Of a stretch of DNA of 49,280 nucleotides, positions 28,828 through 39,420 are shown piece after piece. The translations under genes were made by a program, and so were the position numbers. The stretch covers positions 1 through 49,280 of the forward strand of contig JAOADY010000045.1 in the NCBI GenBank assembly GCA_026417075.1. The letters run 5' to 3'. The stretch comes from Caloramator sp. Its GTDB lineage: Bacteria; Bacillota; Clostridia; Clostridiales; Caloramatoraceae. Each line of letters opens with the position of its first letter. Positions within the stretch are counted from its first letter, which is position 1. Under the pieces are notes generated by a model, which was not told the origin of the DNA, searched no databases, and saw nothing but the letters and a program-made list of their open reading frames with translations.

Positions 28828-29649
28828 CTATATAGAATTTATTATTTTCTCTAAAAACTCTTTGGATTCTAAAATATATGTCAACTGTTTTTCATCGTTC
28901 ATCTCATTTTCAATAGTAATTGAGCCATCATATCCATATTCTTTGAGCTTTTTTATAAGTACATTAAAATTCACTCTTCCTTTTCCAATAGGTTTCTCTT
29001 TACCTAAATTATAACCATCTGTTGGATATTCACCATCTTTAGCATGTACTCCCATTATATACTTACCAAGTATATCAACAGCATCAATAGGATTAGCTTT
29101 TCCATAAAGCAATAAATTTGCAGGATCAAAATTTATCCCTATATTATCTAAATTTATATCTTGAATTGTTCTTAACAAAACAATAGGTGTTTCTTGACCT
29201 GTTTCAAATAAAAAATTTTGACCATTATCTTTACAGTGCTTAGCAATTAATTTAATAGCACTTAAAGTTCCTTTATATTTTTCATCATTAGGATCTTCAG
29301 GTATAAACCCTACATGAGTTACTATATTTTTTACATTTATTTTCTTAGCAAAATCAGAACCTTTTATAATTTCATCTGTTCTTATTGCTCTATAAGCTGT
29401 AGGAACTATTCCTAAAGTTATAGGTCCTTCATAAAAATCCCATACAGCAGGCTTTGACCATCCACACCAAAATGCAGTTATTTCTATTGATAATTCTTCT
29501 TTAACTTTATTAATCCTATCAGCAATGTTATCTGTCATTAATTCTTTATTCCAACATACAAGTTGACAAGATTGGAATCCATAATCCTTAAGTTTTTTAA
29601 AATCCTGTTCTAAATCTGGAATTAAATTTTGAACTATTCCTATATTCAT
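28828..29649 (-). CDS. Sugar phosphate isomerase/epimerase family (xylose isomerase-like TIM barrel)
   Basis: FETGQE, NFDPAN, HAKDG, ITIENE metal-ligand pattern. Confidence 0.85.
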   Translation of the reverse strand: MNIGIVQNLIPDLEQDFKKLKDYGFQSCQLVCWNKELMTDNIADRINKVKEELSIEITAFWCGWSKPAVWDFYEGPITLGIVPTAYRAIRTDEIIKGSDFAKKINVKNIVTHVGFIPEDPNDEKYKGTLSAIKLIAKHCKDNGQNFLFETGQETPIVLLRTIQDINLDNIGINFDPANLLLYGKANPIDAVDILGKYIMGVHAKDGEYPTDGYNLGKEKPIGKGRVNFNVLIKKLKEYGYDGSITIENEMNDEKQLTYILESKEFLEKIINSI

Positions 29650-29663
29650 CTTTCACATCTCCT

Positions 29664-30695
29664 TTATTTAATGATAACATTTTTCAAAGCTCCATTTTCA
29701 TCAGCTGATGCTTTTTCAGATTCAACTATACATACAGATTGATAGGAAGAAATTGGAGGTGCTTTTTCAATAGGTAAATTGTTTATAATGCAATCAATAA
29801 AATATTTAATTTCTCTATAATATCCATTTTCATTAGGCAATTCAGGAATATATGATTTACTATCATTGGGATTAATAATCAACTTTCCTCCTTCATAAAT
29901 CATATTACCTTTTTCAAAATTTACTCTATATAACATTTTAAATCCATAATCTCCATTTAGAGCCCAATCATCTTGAGAATTTATAACAACTCCAGAATCA
30001 TAAATATAGTTTGTAGACAAAGCATCATACCCACTATTTTCAAAAATAACCTTTCCAATAGTTGAAACTGCTTTAGGGATACCAAATATCCAATTTATTG
30101 TATCAACATCATGTATATGTTGATCGAGCATTGCACCCCCACTTTTTTCTTTATTGAGCAACCAATTTTGATATGACCATAATGGTGTACCTCCACCTCT
30201 ATAAAAATAAGCACTTAATACATTACCTAATTTTTTATTATCCACATATTCTTTTAAACATTCATAGTGAGGCCAAAATCTCAAACAATGTCCAATCATT
30301 AATTTTCTATTATTTTTTTCAGCAGCTTCTATCATTTTTAAACATTCATCTGAAGTTAATGCCATTGGCTTTTCACATAAAACATGTAATTTTTTATTCA
30401 ATGCTTTAATAGATACTTCTGCATGTAAATATGTAGGAAGGGCAATATCAACATAATCAAGTTCTTCTTTATCAAGCATTTCATCTATATCAGTATATAA
30501 ATTATATTTAGAAAAATCATATTTATTATTACCAACATCAATATTCCCTTTTACAAATTTACCCTCAAATTTTTCTTTATCAATATCGCATATAGCAACA
30601 AGCTTTACAGGATATCCTTCACTTTCTAACCTAATATAATTATCCAAATGTCCTCTTCCCATAAATCCTATTCCTATAAGTCCTACCTTTAACAT
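29664..30695 (-). CDS. Gfo/Idh/MocA family oxidoreductase
   Basis: GIGFMG, LCEKPMA, DQHIHD. Confidence 0.9.
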   Translation of the reverse strand: MLKVGLIGIGFMGRGHLDNYIRLESEGYPVKLVAICDIDKEKFEGKFVKGNIDVGNNKYDFSKYNLYTDIDEMLDKEELDYVDIALPTYLHAEVSIKALNKKLHVLCEKPMALTSDECLKMIEAAEKNNRKLMIGHCLRFWPHYECLKEYVDNKKLGNVLSAYFYRGGGTPLWSYQNWLLNKEKSGGAMLDQHIHDVDTINWIFGIPKAVSTIGKVIFENSGYDALSTNYIYDSGVVINSQDDWALNGDYGFKMLYRVNFEKGNMIYEGGKLIINPNDSKSYIPELPNENGYYREIKYFIDCIINNLPIEKAPPISSYQSVCIVESEKASADENGALKNVIIK

Positions 30696-30727
30696 ATATA
30701 TTCCCCCTTTTAATATTATCTTTATAA

Positions 30728-31570
30728 CTAATCATTTGAATGCAAAATTGTATCCATAACATTAGAAGTATTATAAACAATCTGTTCAGAAAAATATTTA
30801 TAAGGAAATACTTCAGCAATAACATAATCATTATAATTAATTTGTCTTAAACTTCTAATAACATTAGGATAATTAACATCACCAGATAATAAATCAACAA
30901 ATCCATTAATATTACCAATACTTCTTTTAAAATCTTTAAAGTGAATTTTTTTAATTCTTTTATTTAAGATAGAAACCCATTGCTCTGGATATCCTGTATA
31001 TACAACATTACCTATATCTAAATATACACCAACATAGTTGTTTCCTATTTTATCTACAAAATCTCTCATTTCAAGAGGCGATAATAAAAATTTATTCCAA
31101 ACATTTTCAAGAGCAATATTCACTTTTAAATCTTCAGCGTATCTTTTTAATTCTTGAAAAGCTTCTAAAGAATATTCGTATACTTTATCATAACTCACAA
31201 TTTCACAATCTTTAATAAAATCTGCTCCTACAATACCTGGTATAACAAGTATTGCATTTGCCCCTATCATAGATGCTATTTCAAGCTGTTTTTTTACTAT
31301 ATCCTTTGCTTTTTCTCTTATTTTTTTATTTTCGCTTGTAATTGAATACTTCCAATATAATCCTGTAGCCAAGCTACATATTTCTATATTATTTTCTTCA
31401 GCAATATTTTTAATTCTTAAAATATTCGCTTTATCAGTATTTAAACTTAATTCTCCTGTTTCATCTAGAGCAAGTTCTATACCATCAAATCCTGCTTTTT
31501 TAGCCAATATAATACTTTCTTCAATAGTCTTCTTATTATCAAATGCCCAAATATTTATACCTTTCTTCAT
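30728..31570 (-). CDS. Sugar phosphate isomerase/epimerase family (xylose isomerase-like TIM barrel)
   Basis: GFDGIEL, ALENVWNKFLLSPLE, DIGN, IHFKD. Confidence 0.87.
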   Translation of the reverse strand: MKKGINIWAFDNKKTIEESIILAKKAGFDGIELALDETGELSLNTDKANILRIKNIAEENNIEICSLATGLYWKYSITSENKKIREKAKDIVKKQLEIASMIGANAILVIPGIVGADFIKDCEIVSYDKVYEYSLEAFQELKRYAEDLKVNIALENVWNKFLLSPLEMRDFVDKIGNNYVGVYLDIGNVVYTGYPEQWVSILNKRIKKIHFKDFKRSIGNINGFVDLLSGDVNYPNVIRSLRQINYNDYVIAEVFPYKYFSEQIVYNTSNVMDTILHSND

Positions 31571-31591
31571 ATAAACCTGCCTCCCATTAAA

Positions 31592-32767
31592 TCATAAATT
31601 TATAATTTTTAACTTTTTTATAGATTCATAAGCTAAAATACCTGCTTGCATTGCCTTCAAACCAGCTTCTCCTCCTGCTTCAGGTTGTATACCAGTATTC
31701 ATTGCTTCAATAAAAGCATCTAATATATGCTCATCTCCTCCACCATGGCCATCATTTTCTTGTAAATTTTTATATACAATATTTTCATTTCTATCATACA
31801 TATTATTTCTTATCTGCACCGTAATAGTATTATTAGCATCATCTAATTTTAATTTACCTTTTGTACCAATAAATATATATTCTCTGTTATCATCTGGTGT
31901 ATAATGGCACTCCATATAACTCACTTTTACACCATTATTATATTCTAGCAAAACCTGATGATTATCAAAAACATCTATTTCATTTCTAAAGGCACATTGA
32001 TTTCTCCAAACATTATAATGCACATTAGTTTTTTCACCATTAGCTTTTTCCCAAGTTATATATCTCGGTTTTATAGCTTCTGTACATATTGTTTTTTCTT
32101 TACATTCTTCACAAATTAGATTATCAGGCTTATTACCTCCAAAAAAGTCTCTGCTTCCAAATGCCACAATCTTTTTTAACTTTGAATTAACAACCCAATT
32201 AATAATATCAAAATCATGACTTCCTTTTTGAAGTAATAATCCATTTGTATTTTTCATAGTACCATGCCAATCATGAAAATACCAATCACTTGCTGCCCCT
32301 ACTGAATGAAGAACCCATCCTGTTTTTAGCTCACCAATTATGCCATTTTGTATTAATTCCTTCATTTTTTTATAAAGTTTATTATACCTAAGAACAAATC
32401 CAACAATCAAAATTTTATTACTTTCATCTCTTTTCTTTAGTACTCTTAAAGCTCCTTCTTTTGTTATTGCTATAGGCTTTTCTAAAAAAACATGTTTTCC
32501 CAAGCTTAAAGCAGCTATTGCTTGCTCCTCATGATAATAATCAGGACTACAAATTATAACTGCGTCAATATCTTTTCTACTTAAAAGTTCTTTATAATCA
32601 GTATATTTATCTAATTTTAAATTATATCTTGAGCACAAAAGCTCCATGTTTTTATTTGATACATCAGATAAAGCAACTATTTCAAATTCATTTTTTTTTA
32701 AAATTTCATTTACTAAAAACATAGTCCTCATTCCAGTCCCAATTATACCAATTTTGTACCTTTTCAT
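31592..32767 (-). CDS. Gfo/Idh/MocA family oxidoreductase with Cys-rich insert
   Basis: IIGTG, FLEKPIA, GFVLRY, QKGSHDFD, CEEC...C...C, GHGGGD. Confidence 0.9.
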   Translation of the reverse strand: MKRYKIGIIGTGMRTMFLVNEILKKNEFEIVALSDVSNKNMELLCSRYNLKLDKYTDYKELLSRKDIDAVIICSPDYYHEEQAIAALSLGKHVFLEKPIAITKEGALRVLKKRDESNKILIVGFVLRYNKLYKKMKELIQNGIIGELKTGWVLHSVGAASDWYFHDWHGTMKNTNGLLLQKGSHDFDIINWVVNSKLKKIVAFGSRDFFGGNKPDNLICEECKEKTICTEAIKPRYITWEKANGEKTNVHYNVWRNQCAFRNEIDVFDNHQVLLEYNNGVKVSYMECHYTPDDNREYIFIGTKGKLKLDDANNTITVQIRNNMYDRNENIVYKNLQENDGHGGGDEHILDAFIEAMNTGIQPEAGGEAGLKAMQAGILAYESIKKLKIINL

Positions 32768-32791
32768 TTTTTAGCTCCTTTCTATTAAGAA

Positions 32792-33634
32792 TTAACCTTT
32801 TGTACCTGTTAAAGCTATACCTTCCACAAATGACTTTTGGAATATTATATAAAGTACAATCATTGGCCATATTGCTAAAACTGATCCTGCCATAAGAACT
32901 GGGAAATTAGTTAGATGCTGTCCTTGCAATGATGCCAATCCTGCAGACAAAGTCATTTTTTCATTTGATGTATTAACTATTAACGGCCACAAAAGGTCAT
33001 TCCAACTCCATAATGCAGTAAATATAGCCAAAGCAGTTAATCCCGGCTTTGCTAAAGGCATCATAATATTCCAGTAAATTCTAAAGTGATTACATCCATC
33101 CAAAATTGCAGCTTCCTCAAGTTCTTTAGGAATAGTCATAAAAAACTGTCTTAACAAAAACGTTCCAAAGGCACTAAACAAACCTGGCAATATTAAAGCA
33201 CCAATGGTATTTAAAAGCCCAAGTTTTTTAATAATAATATACTGAGGTAAAAGAAATATCTGTCCTGGTACCATTAATACAGATAGAATTAATATAAAAA
33301 TAATATCTCTTCCAGGAAATTCTATTCTTGCAAATGAATATGCTGCCATTGAGCATAAGATAACTTGTCCAACAGTTTTAGCAATAGTAGAGATAATAGT
33401 ATTTTTATAAAATGTTAAAAAAGGAAGAGTTGATACTGCATCTTTATAATTTTCAAAACAAAACCTTTTAGGTATTATAATTGGGGGAATCATAGTTGAT
33501 TCTGTTAATGTTTTAAATGATGTAAGAATCATCCACAAAAAAGGTGTTATAGTAAAAATTACTCCTAAAATCAAGATTAAATGAACTAATATTTTAGAAT
33601 AATTTAATTTAAATTTATGAACATCTTTCTTCAT
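32792..33634 (-). CDS. Carbohydrate ABC transporter permease (MalG-type)
   Basis: EAA loop IPKELEEAAILDG, WNDLLWPL. Confidence 0.93.
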   Translation of the reverse strand: MKKDVHKFKLNYSKILVHLILILGVIFTITPFLWMILTSFKTLTESTMIPPIIIPKRFCFENYKDAVSTLPFLTFYKNTIISTIAKTVGQVILCSMAAYSFARIEFPGRDIIFILILSVLMVPGQIFLLPQYIIIKKLGLLNTIGALILPGLFSAFGTFLLRQFFMTIPKELEEAAILDGCNHFRIYWNIMMPLAKPGLTALAIFTALWSWNDLLWPLIVNTSNEKMTLSAGLASLQGQHLTNFPVLMAGSVLAIWPMIVLYIIFQKSFVEGIALTGTKG

Positions 33635-33650
33635 TTACATCCCCCCCACA

Positions 33651-34598
33651 TTAATAATTAACCCATTTTTTCTGTAATTTTAATTGAACAATAGTAATTA
33701 ACATTATTATTACAAATAACATTATAGCAATAGCGGATGCATATCCTTTTTCACCTAATTCAAATGCACTTCTATAAAAAAGATATACAACTGATTGAGT
33801 ATTTTTTAAAGCGGGATTACTAGTTCCTATTATCATAAAAATATAATCAAAAACTTGAAATGCACCTATTAAAGACATTACCATAACAAAAAATATAGTT
33901 GGTGTTAAAAGAGGTATAGTAATTTTAAAAAATTGATTAATAGAATTTGCTCCATCAATTGCTGCCGCTTCATAATAAGTACTTGAAATATTTTGTATTC
34001 CTGCTAAAAATATAACCATATTGTAGCCTACGCTACTCCAAACTGATATTGCAATAATAGAATATAAAGCAATTTTAGGATCGCTAACCCAATATATTTT
34101 TTCAATTCCAAACTTTGATAATATATAATTTATTAATCCATAATCATAGTTATAAAGCCATTTCCAAACCATAGCAATAGCAGCAGGCATAGTAACTGCA
34201 GGTAAAAAATATAAAGTTCTATATATAGTTAGTCCTTTTATTTTGGAATTTAACAATGTTGCTACTACTATCGAAAGAAAAATACTTATCGGTACAGATA
34301 TAATTGTAAACATAAGTGTATTTTTTAAAGACATCCATACTTCCGTATCACTAAATAATCTTATATAATTTGAAATACCAACTATTGAATATTCACCAAA
34401 TGTTCCTAAATCAGTAAAACTATAAAATAAAGTTTTAAAAAAAGGATATATATAAAAAATTGTTAGACCACCGACTGTCGGAAGTATCATTAAATAGCCC
34501 CAAAAATAATCGTTGATTTTTTTACTTTTCATTGTATTATATTTTTTAGACTTTTCTAATTTTGGTATATTAGCTCTTTCTTTAAGTTTTAAATACAT
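33651..34598 (-). CDS. Carbohydrate ABC transporter permease (MalF-type)
   Basis: LAGIQNI...YYEAAAIDGA...ITIPLLTPT, GYASAIA. Confidence 0.93.
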   Translation of the reverse strand: MYLKLKERANIPKLEKSKKYNTMKSKKINDYFWGYLMILPTVGGLTIFYIYPFFKTLFYSFTDLGTFGEYSIVGISNYIRLFSDTEVWMSLKNTLMFTIISVPISIFLSIVVATLLNSKIKGLTIYRTLYFLPAVTMPAAIAMVWKWLYNYDYGLINYILSKFGIEKIYWVSDPKIALYSIIAISVWSSVGYNMVIFLAGIQNISSTYYEAAAIDGANSINQFFKITIPLLTPTIFFVMVMSLIGAFQVFDYIFMIIGTSNPALKNTQSVVYLFYRSAFELGEKGYASAIAIMLFVIIMLITIVQLKLQKKWVNY

Positions 34599-34643
34599 TT
34601 ACATCCTCCTTTCATTAAATAAAGTTTCAAAATAATAGTATTT

Positions 34644-34683
34644 TTTTGCATCTCTCCTTAAAATTCTAAGGAGAGATGCAAAA
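34644..34683 (-). terminator. Hairpin between solute-binding and permease genes
   Basis: TTTTGCATCTCTCCTTA / TAAGGAGAGATGCAAAA perfect arms. Confidence 0.65.
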
Positions 34684-34762
34684 TCATATTTTATTACAAT
34701 ATAATTTATTTTAAAAAATATTTTTTCTTCATATAAAACTATAATTAAAATATAAAATCATA

Positions 34763-36049
34763 TTATTTTTTCTCATTTCTTAGAACTTCGTTCATTTCTT
34801 CAGCTATTTTTTTACATGCATCCTCTGGGGACATTTGGAAATTCCAAACTTGTGTGAAATATTTAAGTTCAATTTGGTTCCATTTAGCTGTATCAACTGA
34901 ATGTGGATACATATACGAATACTCAAGCTCATCGACGTAAGCTTTTACATTATATCCTTTATTAGCATCTATAAAAATTTGAAGTACAGATTTATATGCT
35001 GGAATAACTACTCCTGATTTTGCAACAATTTCATTTGCTTCTTTGCTACCTAAATATTTAACAAATTCCCATGCCTCATCTGGATGTTTGGTTTTTGAAT
35101 ATATTGCATTACCAAGCCCATGGATTACTGCAACTCTCTTTTTAATTTTAGGCATTACAACTAAATCTACTTTATCTTTCAAATATTCGTTTTTGGTAAA
35201 TTCAGGTATCATCCATGAACCTTGAAATACCATTGCTAATTTACCAGATTCGAATAAATTAGAAGGTTGTGTATCAGCCAACTGTTTCGATGTAGGAGAT
35301 GAACCATCTTTTATTAAATCAATCCAACATTTTATTCCTTCTATTGATTCTGGCTTATCATAACCTGATGTTGTCCCATCTTCTGATATTATAAATCCTC
35401 CACATTGAGGAATTGTATTATAATATCCTTGCTGATCTTCTTGAGGTGCCGCAATTCCATAAATTCCTTTAGATTTATCTGTGAGTTTTTTTGCTGCAGC
35501 CCTTAAATCATCCCAAGTCCATGAATCTGTAGGATATGGTACTTTAGCATCATCAAAAATTTTCTTATTATACCAAAGTGCTGTAGTATCCCAATCTTTT
35601 GGAATTGCATAAATATCATTTTTATAAGTATATAAATCTATTAAGGACTGTGGATAATTATTTAAATCAATATTATCCTTTTTAATTCTATCTGTTAATG
35701 GCATTAATAATTTTGCTTTAGCATATTTTTGGAAACGAGGACCTTGTATCCAAAATACATCTGGTACATTTTCACCATTAGCTTCTGTTTCAAGTTTAGT
35801 CCAGTATTGTCTAAATGGTGTAAGCTGAACCTTAATTTTAACATTAGGATGTGTTTTTTCAAATTCTTCAGCAAGTTTGCGCATAACAGGTTCTTGATTT
35901 TTATCCCATACAGCATAAGATAATGTAGCAATTTTATTTTTATCTTTTTGTGATTGATCTGAAGAAGTATCTTTTGTTCTACATCCTGACAAAAATGTTG
36001 ATAATAGGATAAGTACCAAAAGTAAATATAAGATTTTTTTGGATTTCAT
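34763..36049 (-). CDS. Sugar ABC transporter solute-binding lipoprotein
   Basis: Lipobox LSGC, PDVF, YNKKIFD, WTWDD, FESGKLAM. Confidence 0.92.
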   Translation of the reverse strand: MKSKKILYLLLVLILLSTFLSGCRTKDTSSDQSQKDKNKIATLSYAVWDKNQEPVMRKLAEEFEKTHPNVKIKVQLTPFRQYWTKLETEANGENVPDVFWIQGPRFQKYAKAKLLMPLTDRIKKDNIDLNNYPQSLIDLYTYKNDIYAIPKDWDTTALWYNKKIFDDAKVPYPTDSWTWDDLRAAAKKLTDKSKGIYGIAAPQEDQQGYYNTIPQCGGFIISEDGTTSGYDKPESIEGIKCWIDLIKDGSSPTSKQLADTQPSNLFESGKLAMVFQGSWMIPEFTKNEYLKDKVDLVVMPKIKKRVAVIHGLGNAIYSKTKHPDEAWEFVKYLGSKEANEIVAKSGVVIPAYKSVLQIFIDANKGYNVKAYVDELEYSYMYPHSVDTAKWNQIELKYFTQVWNFQMSPEDACKKIAEEMNEVLRNEKK

Positions 36050-36622
36050 TTTTTATTCCTCCTTTTTTATTTTTAAGCTGAAAATTCAGCCTCTTTTAAA
36101 TGAATTATAATAATTTTATTTATATTTCGAAACATGCATTTTTTTATTTTTGTCATACAATTTTTATAATTTTAAAAATATAAACAAAAATTAACTTAAT
36201 ATATCTCTATTCTACAAAAATTACGATATGTTAAATCAATTTTATAAGTTTTCTAATAAAATATAAAAATAATATTAATATATACCACAAAGATTAATTA
36301 ATAATTTTATAGATAATATAATTAAATACTATATTAAATTCTATTAGCATAAAATAAATATGCTTTACTTGGTAAATATGAATATAACAAAAAAGATTTT
36401 AAAATACACAAATCTAAATAAATATTATTTCAGTTATTATATTCTGAAAAATCATAAAATAAATTAAATGATAAGATAGAAAGAAACAAAAAAATATTCA
36501 GAACCTTTTAAAAATATAGTTTTCAAAGATTCTGAATAAAAACACTTTTTACGTTTATTAAAATATTTCATCTGAACTAATGCAAGTTTATATATAAAAT
36601 ATTTAAGAAGTTAGACATTTAA

Positions 36623-37990
36623 TTACCTGCATTCTTTTTTTAAAATTGATATTAATAACGCTGTTATAATCGTACCTGTGGCTATTGCTATAATATATAA
36701 ACTTAAATTAGTTATCGCATTGGGAATTGCAAGAACGTATATTCCTCCATGAGGAACAGTAAGTGCAGATTTAAAAATCATACTTAATGCCCCTGTAACA
36801 GCTGAACCTATCATTATAGAAGGAATTACCCTTATTGGATCTGCAGCTGCAAAAGGTATTGCTCCTTCTGTTATAAATGAAATCCCTAACGCCCATGCCG
36901 TTTTACCAGCTTCAATTTCTTGAGCAGTAAATTTATTTTTTGCTATTATTGTAGCAAGAGCAAGTCCAAGTGGCGGAGTCATTCCTGCTGCCATAACTGC
37001 TGCCATAATCATAGACGGCTGACCACTTGATAATGTTGCAACACCAAAAGTATATGCTGCTTTATTAACAGGACCTCCCATATCAAATGCCATCATAAGT
37101 CCAAGAATAATTCCAAGAAGCACAGAGTTAGTTCCACTTAAATTCTTAAGCCATACAGTCATACCATTATTAATCGCTGAAACAGGTTTCCCAATAATAT
37201 AAATCATAAAGAGTCCTATAATAAGAGTTGATAATAAGGGTAATATTAAAACAGGCATTAAACCTTGAAAAGTTTTTGGAAGTTTAATTATTTTCTTTAA
37301 GAAATTAACAAAATATCCAGCTGTAAATCCTGCTATTATTCCTCCTATAAATCCAGAACCACTTGAGGAAGCAAGCATTCCACCAATCATGCCAGGAACA
37401 AGACCAGGTCTATCAGCAATAGAATAAGCAATATAACCTGATAATATTGGAATCATTAATGCAAAAGCAGAACTACCTCCAATTTGCATTAACGTAGCTG
37501 GTAAAGTTCCTTCTTGTTTAAATGCGTTAATACCAAAAGCAAAGGACAATGCAATTATTATTCCTCCTGCAACAACAAAAGGAATCATAAAAGATACCCC
37601 TGTCATAAGATGTTTATAAGGTCCTTTAGTTTCTGCTTTTCTCTGTTCTTTAATTTTATTAACTTCTTCAACAAAATCATTATCAATAACCTTTGCAGTT
37701 TTTGCTCTTTCAATAAGTTCTTTAGGATTTTTTATAGCTTCTTGCACACCTACTTCAATTATATATTTCCCCATAAACCTTTCTTTTGATACTTTTGTAT
37801 CAGCTGCAATTATTACAGCATTAGCTTCTTTAATATCTTTCTCTGTCAACTCATTTTCTGCTCCTACAGAGCCTTGTGTTTCAACTTTAATATCAATCCC
37901 CATTTCTTTAGCGGCAATTTCCAGAGATTCTGCAGCCATATAAGTATGAGCTATACCTGTTGGGCAAGATGTAATAGCCACAATTTTCAT
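36623..37990 (-). CDS. fruA: PTS fructose-family EIIBC
   Basis: CPTGIAHTYMAAE, KVETQGS, DMGGPVNKAAY, FITEGAIPFAA. Confidence 0.92.
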   Translation of the reverse strand: MKIVAITSCPTGIAHTYMAAESLEIAAKEMGIDIKVETQGSVGAENELTEKDIKEANAVIIAADTKVSKERFMGKYIIEVGVQEAIKNPKELIERAKTAKVIDNDFVEEVNKIKEQRKAETKGPYKHLMTGVSFMIPFVVAGGIIIALSFAFGINAFKQEGTLPATLMQIGGSSAFALMIPILSGYIAYSIADRPGLVPGMIGGMLASSSGSGFIGGIIAGFTAGYFVNFLKKIIKLPKTFQGLMPVLILPLLSTLIIGLFMIYIIGKPVSAINNGMTVWLKNLSGTNSVLLGIILGLMMAFDMGGPVNKAAYTFGVATLSSGQPSMIMAAVMAAGMTPPLGLALATIIAKNKFTAQEIEAGKTAWALGISFITEGAIPFAAADPIRVIPSIMIGSAVTGALSMIFKSALTVPHGGIYVLAIPNAITNLSLYIIAIATGTIITALLISILKKECR

Positions 37991-38027
37991 AAATATTTTC
38001 CCCCTTTATATTTTTACTTTATTTACA

Positions 38028-38471
38028 TTATTTAAGAGCATCAATCACTTCACTTGGTTTATTTGCTTTAAGAAGCTTTTCTCTCACTTCACTATGCATA
38101 AGTTTTCTTGATATTTGACTTAAAAGTCTCAAATGTTCATCATTTGAATTTTCTGGTACTGCAATTATAAAGAAAAAATTTGAAGGCTTACCATCTAGTG
38201 CCCCATAATCTATTCCTTCCACACTTTTCCCAAATGCTAAAGCTGGTTCTTTAACTGCACTACTCTTTCCATGAGGTATAGCAATTCCCATACCAATACC
38301 TGTTGAGAATTCTTCTTCTCTTTTTAAAACAGCTTCAATATATTTTCCCTTGTCATAAAGCTTATCATTTTTATAAAGCAACTCTACGAGTTCTTTTATA
38401 ACTGATATTTTATCTTTAGATTGAAGCTGTAACTTTATCATTTTTTCGCTCATAATTTCTGATATATTCAT
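38028..38471 (-). CDS. PTS fructose-family EIIA
   Basis: REEEFSTGIGMGIAIPHGK; ATG 38471 preceded by GGAGAG (track start 38516). Confidence 0.9.
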   Translation of the reverse strand: MNISEIMSEKMIKLQLQSKDKISVIKELVELLYKNDKLYDKGKYIEAVLKREEEFSTGIGMGIAIPHGKSSAVKEPALAFGKSVEGIDYGALDGKPSNFFFIIAVPENSNDEHLRLLSQISRKLMHSEVREKLLKANKPSEVIDALK

Positions 38472-38484
38472 TTCCCTCTCTCCT

Positions 38485-39420
38485 TTATATATTAATTTCT
38501 TCAATCTCAATTTCATTTATTAATTTTTTTATAACTTCATATTCAGCTGTCTGTGTTCCTTCTGTCATAACATTGGCTGTACTTGTAGCTGCTGCAAATC
38601 TTAAAGCATAATCCATTTCATAATTTTTTTCAATTGAAAGAGCTAAGGCTGCTACCATAGAATCACCTGCACCAACAGTACTTTTTACATCTACTTTTAA
38701 CCCTTTTGCCTTTAGAGCTTTATCTTTACTAACCATTAAAGAACCATTCTCACCAAGAGAAACAACCACATATTCAACGCCCATAGCCACTACTTTTCTA
38801 CAAACTTCAACAAGTGCTAAATCATTATCAATTTTTATGTCAAACGCATTTTCAAGTTCAAACTTATTCGGTTTTACAAGATAAGGCGAAGCTTTAATTC
38901 CATAAATAAAAGCATCTCCTTCAGCATCAAGAATAATTTTAACATTTTTGGGTAGAACATGCTGAATAATATTTTTATATGTGCTACTTTTCAAACCATT
39001 AGGTATACTTCCTGATAATACAACCACAGAATTTTCATCAACATAATCAAATAATTTTTTCTTAATTTTTTCTAAATCCCTTTCACTTACTATAGGTCCT
39101 GCTTCATTAATATCAGTAAATGTATTATTAATTGTATCAACAATTTTAATATTTGTTCTTATTTCATTATTAATCCATATAAAATCGTTTCTTATTTCTA
39201 TAGAATCTAGGTATTCTTTTATAAATCCTCCATTTTTCCCTCCAATAAATCCTAAAGCTGTACTTTCTCCTTTTAATTCTTTTATTGTTTTAGAAACATT
39301 AATTCCCTTTCCTCCTGCATCAACTCTTAAAGACTCAACCCTATTAACCTGTCCAATACTAAAGTTAGGAATACAAAGAGTTTTATCAAGCGCAGGATTT
39401 AATGTAACAGTAAAAATCAT
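38485..39420 (-). CDS. fruK: 1-phosphofructokinase (PfkB family)
   Basis: VTLNPALD, GGKGINVS, KPN..EL, STVGAGDSMVA. Confidence 0.92.
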   Translation of the reverse strand: MIFTVTLNPALDKTLCIPNFSIGQVNRVESLRVDAGGKGINVSKTIKELKGESTALGFIGGKNGGFIKEYLDSIEIRNDFIWINNEIRTNIKIVDTINNTFTDINEAGPIVSERDLEKIKKKLFDYVDENSVVVLSGSIPNGLKSSTYKNIIQHVLPKNVKIILDAEGDAFIYGIKASPYLVKPNKFELENAFDIKIDNDLALVEVCRKVVAMGVEYVVVSLGENGSLMVSKDKALKAKGLKVDVKSTVGAGDSMVAALALSIEKNYEMDYALRFAAATSTANVMTEGTQTAEYEVIKKLINEIEIEEINI

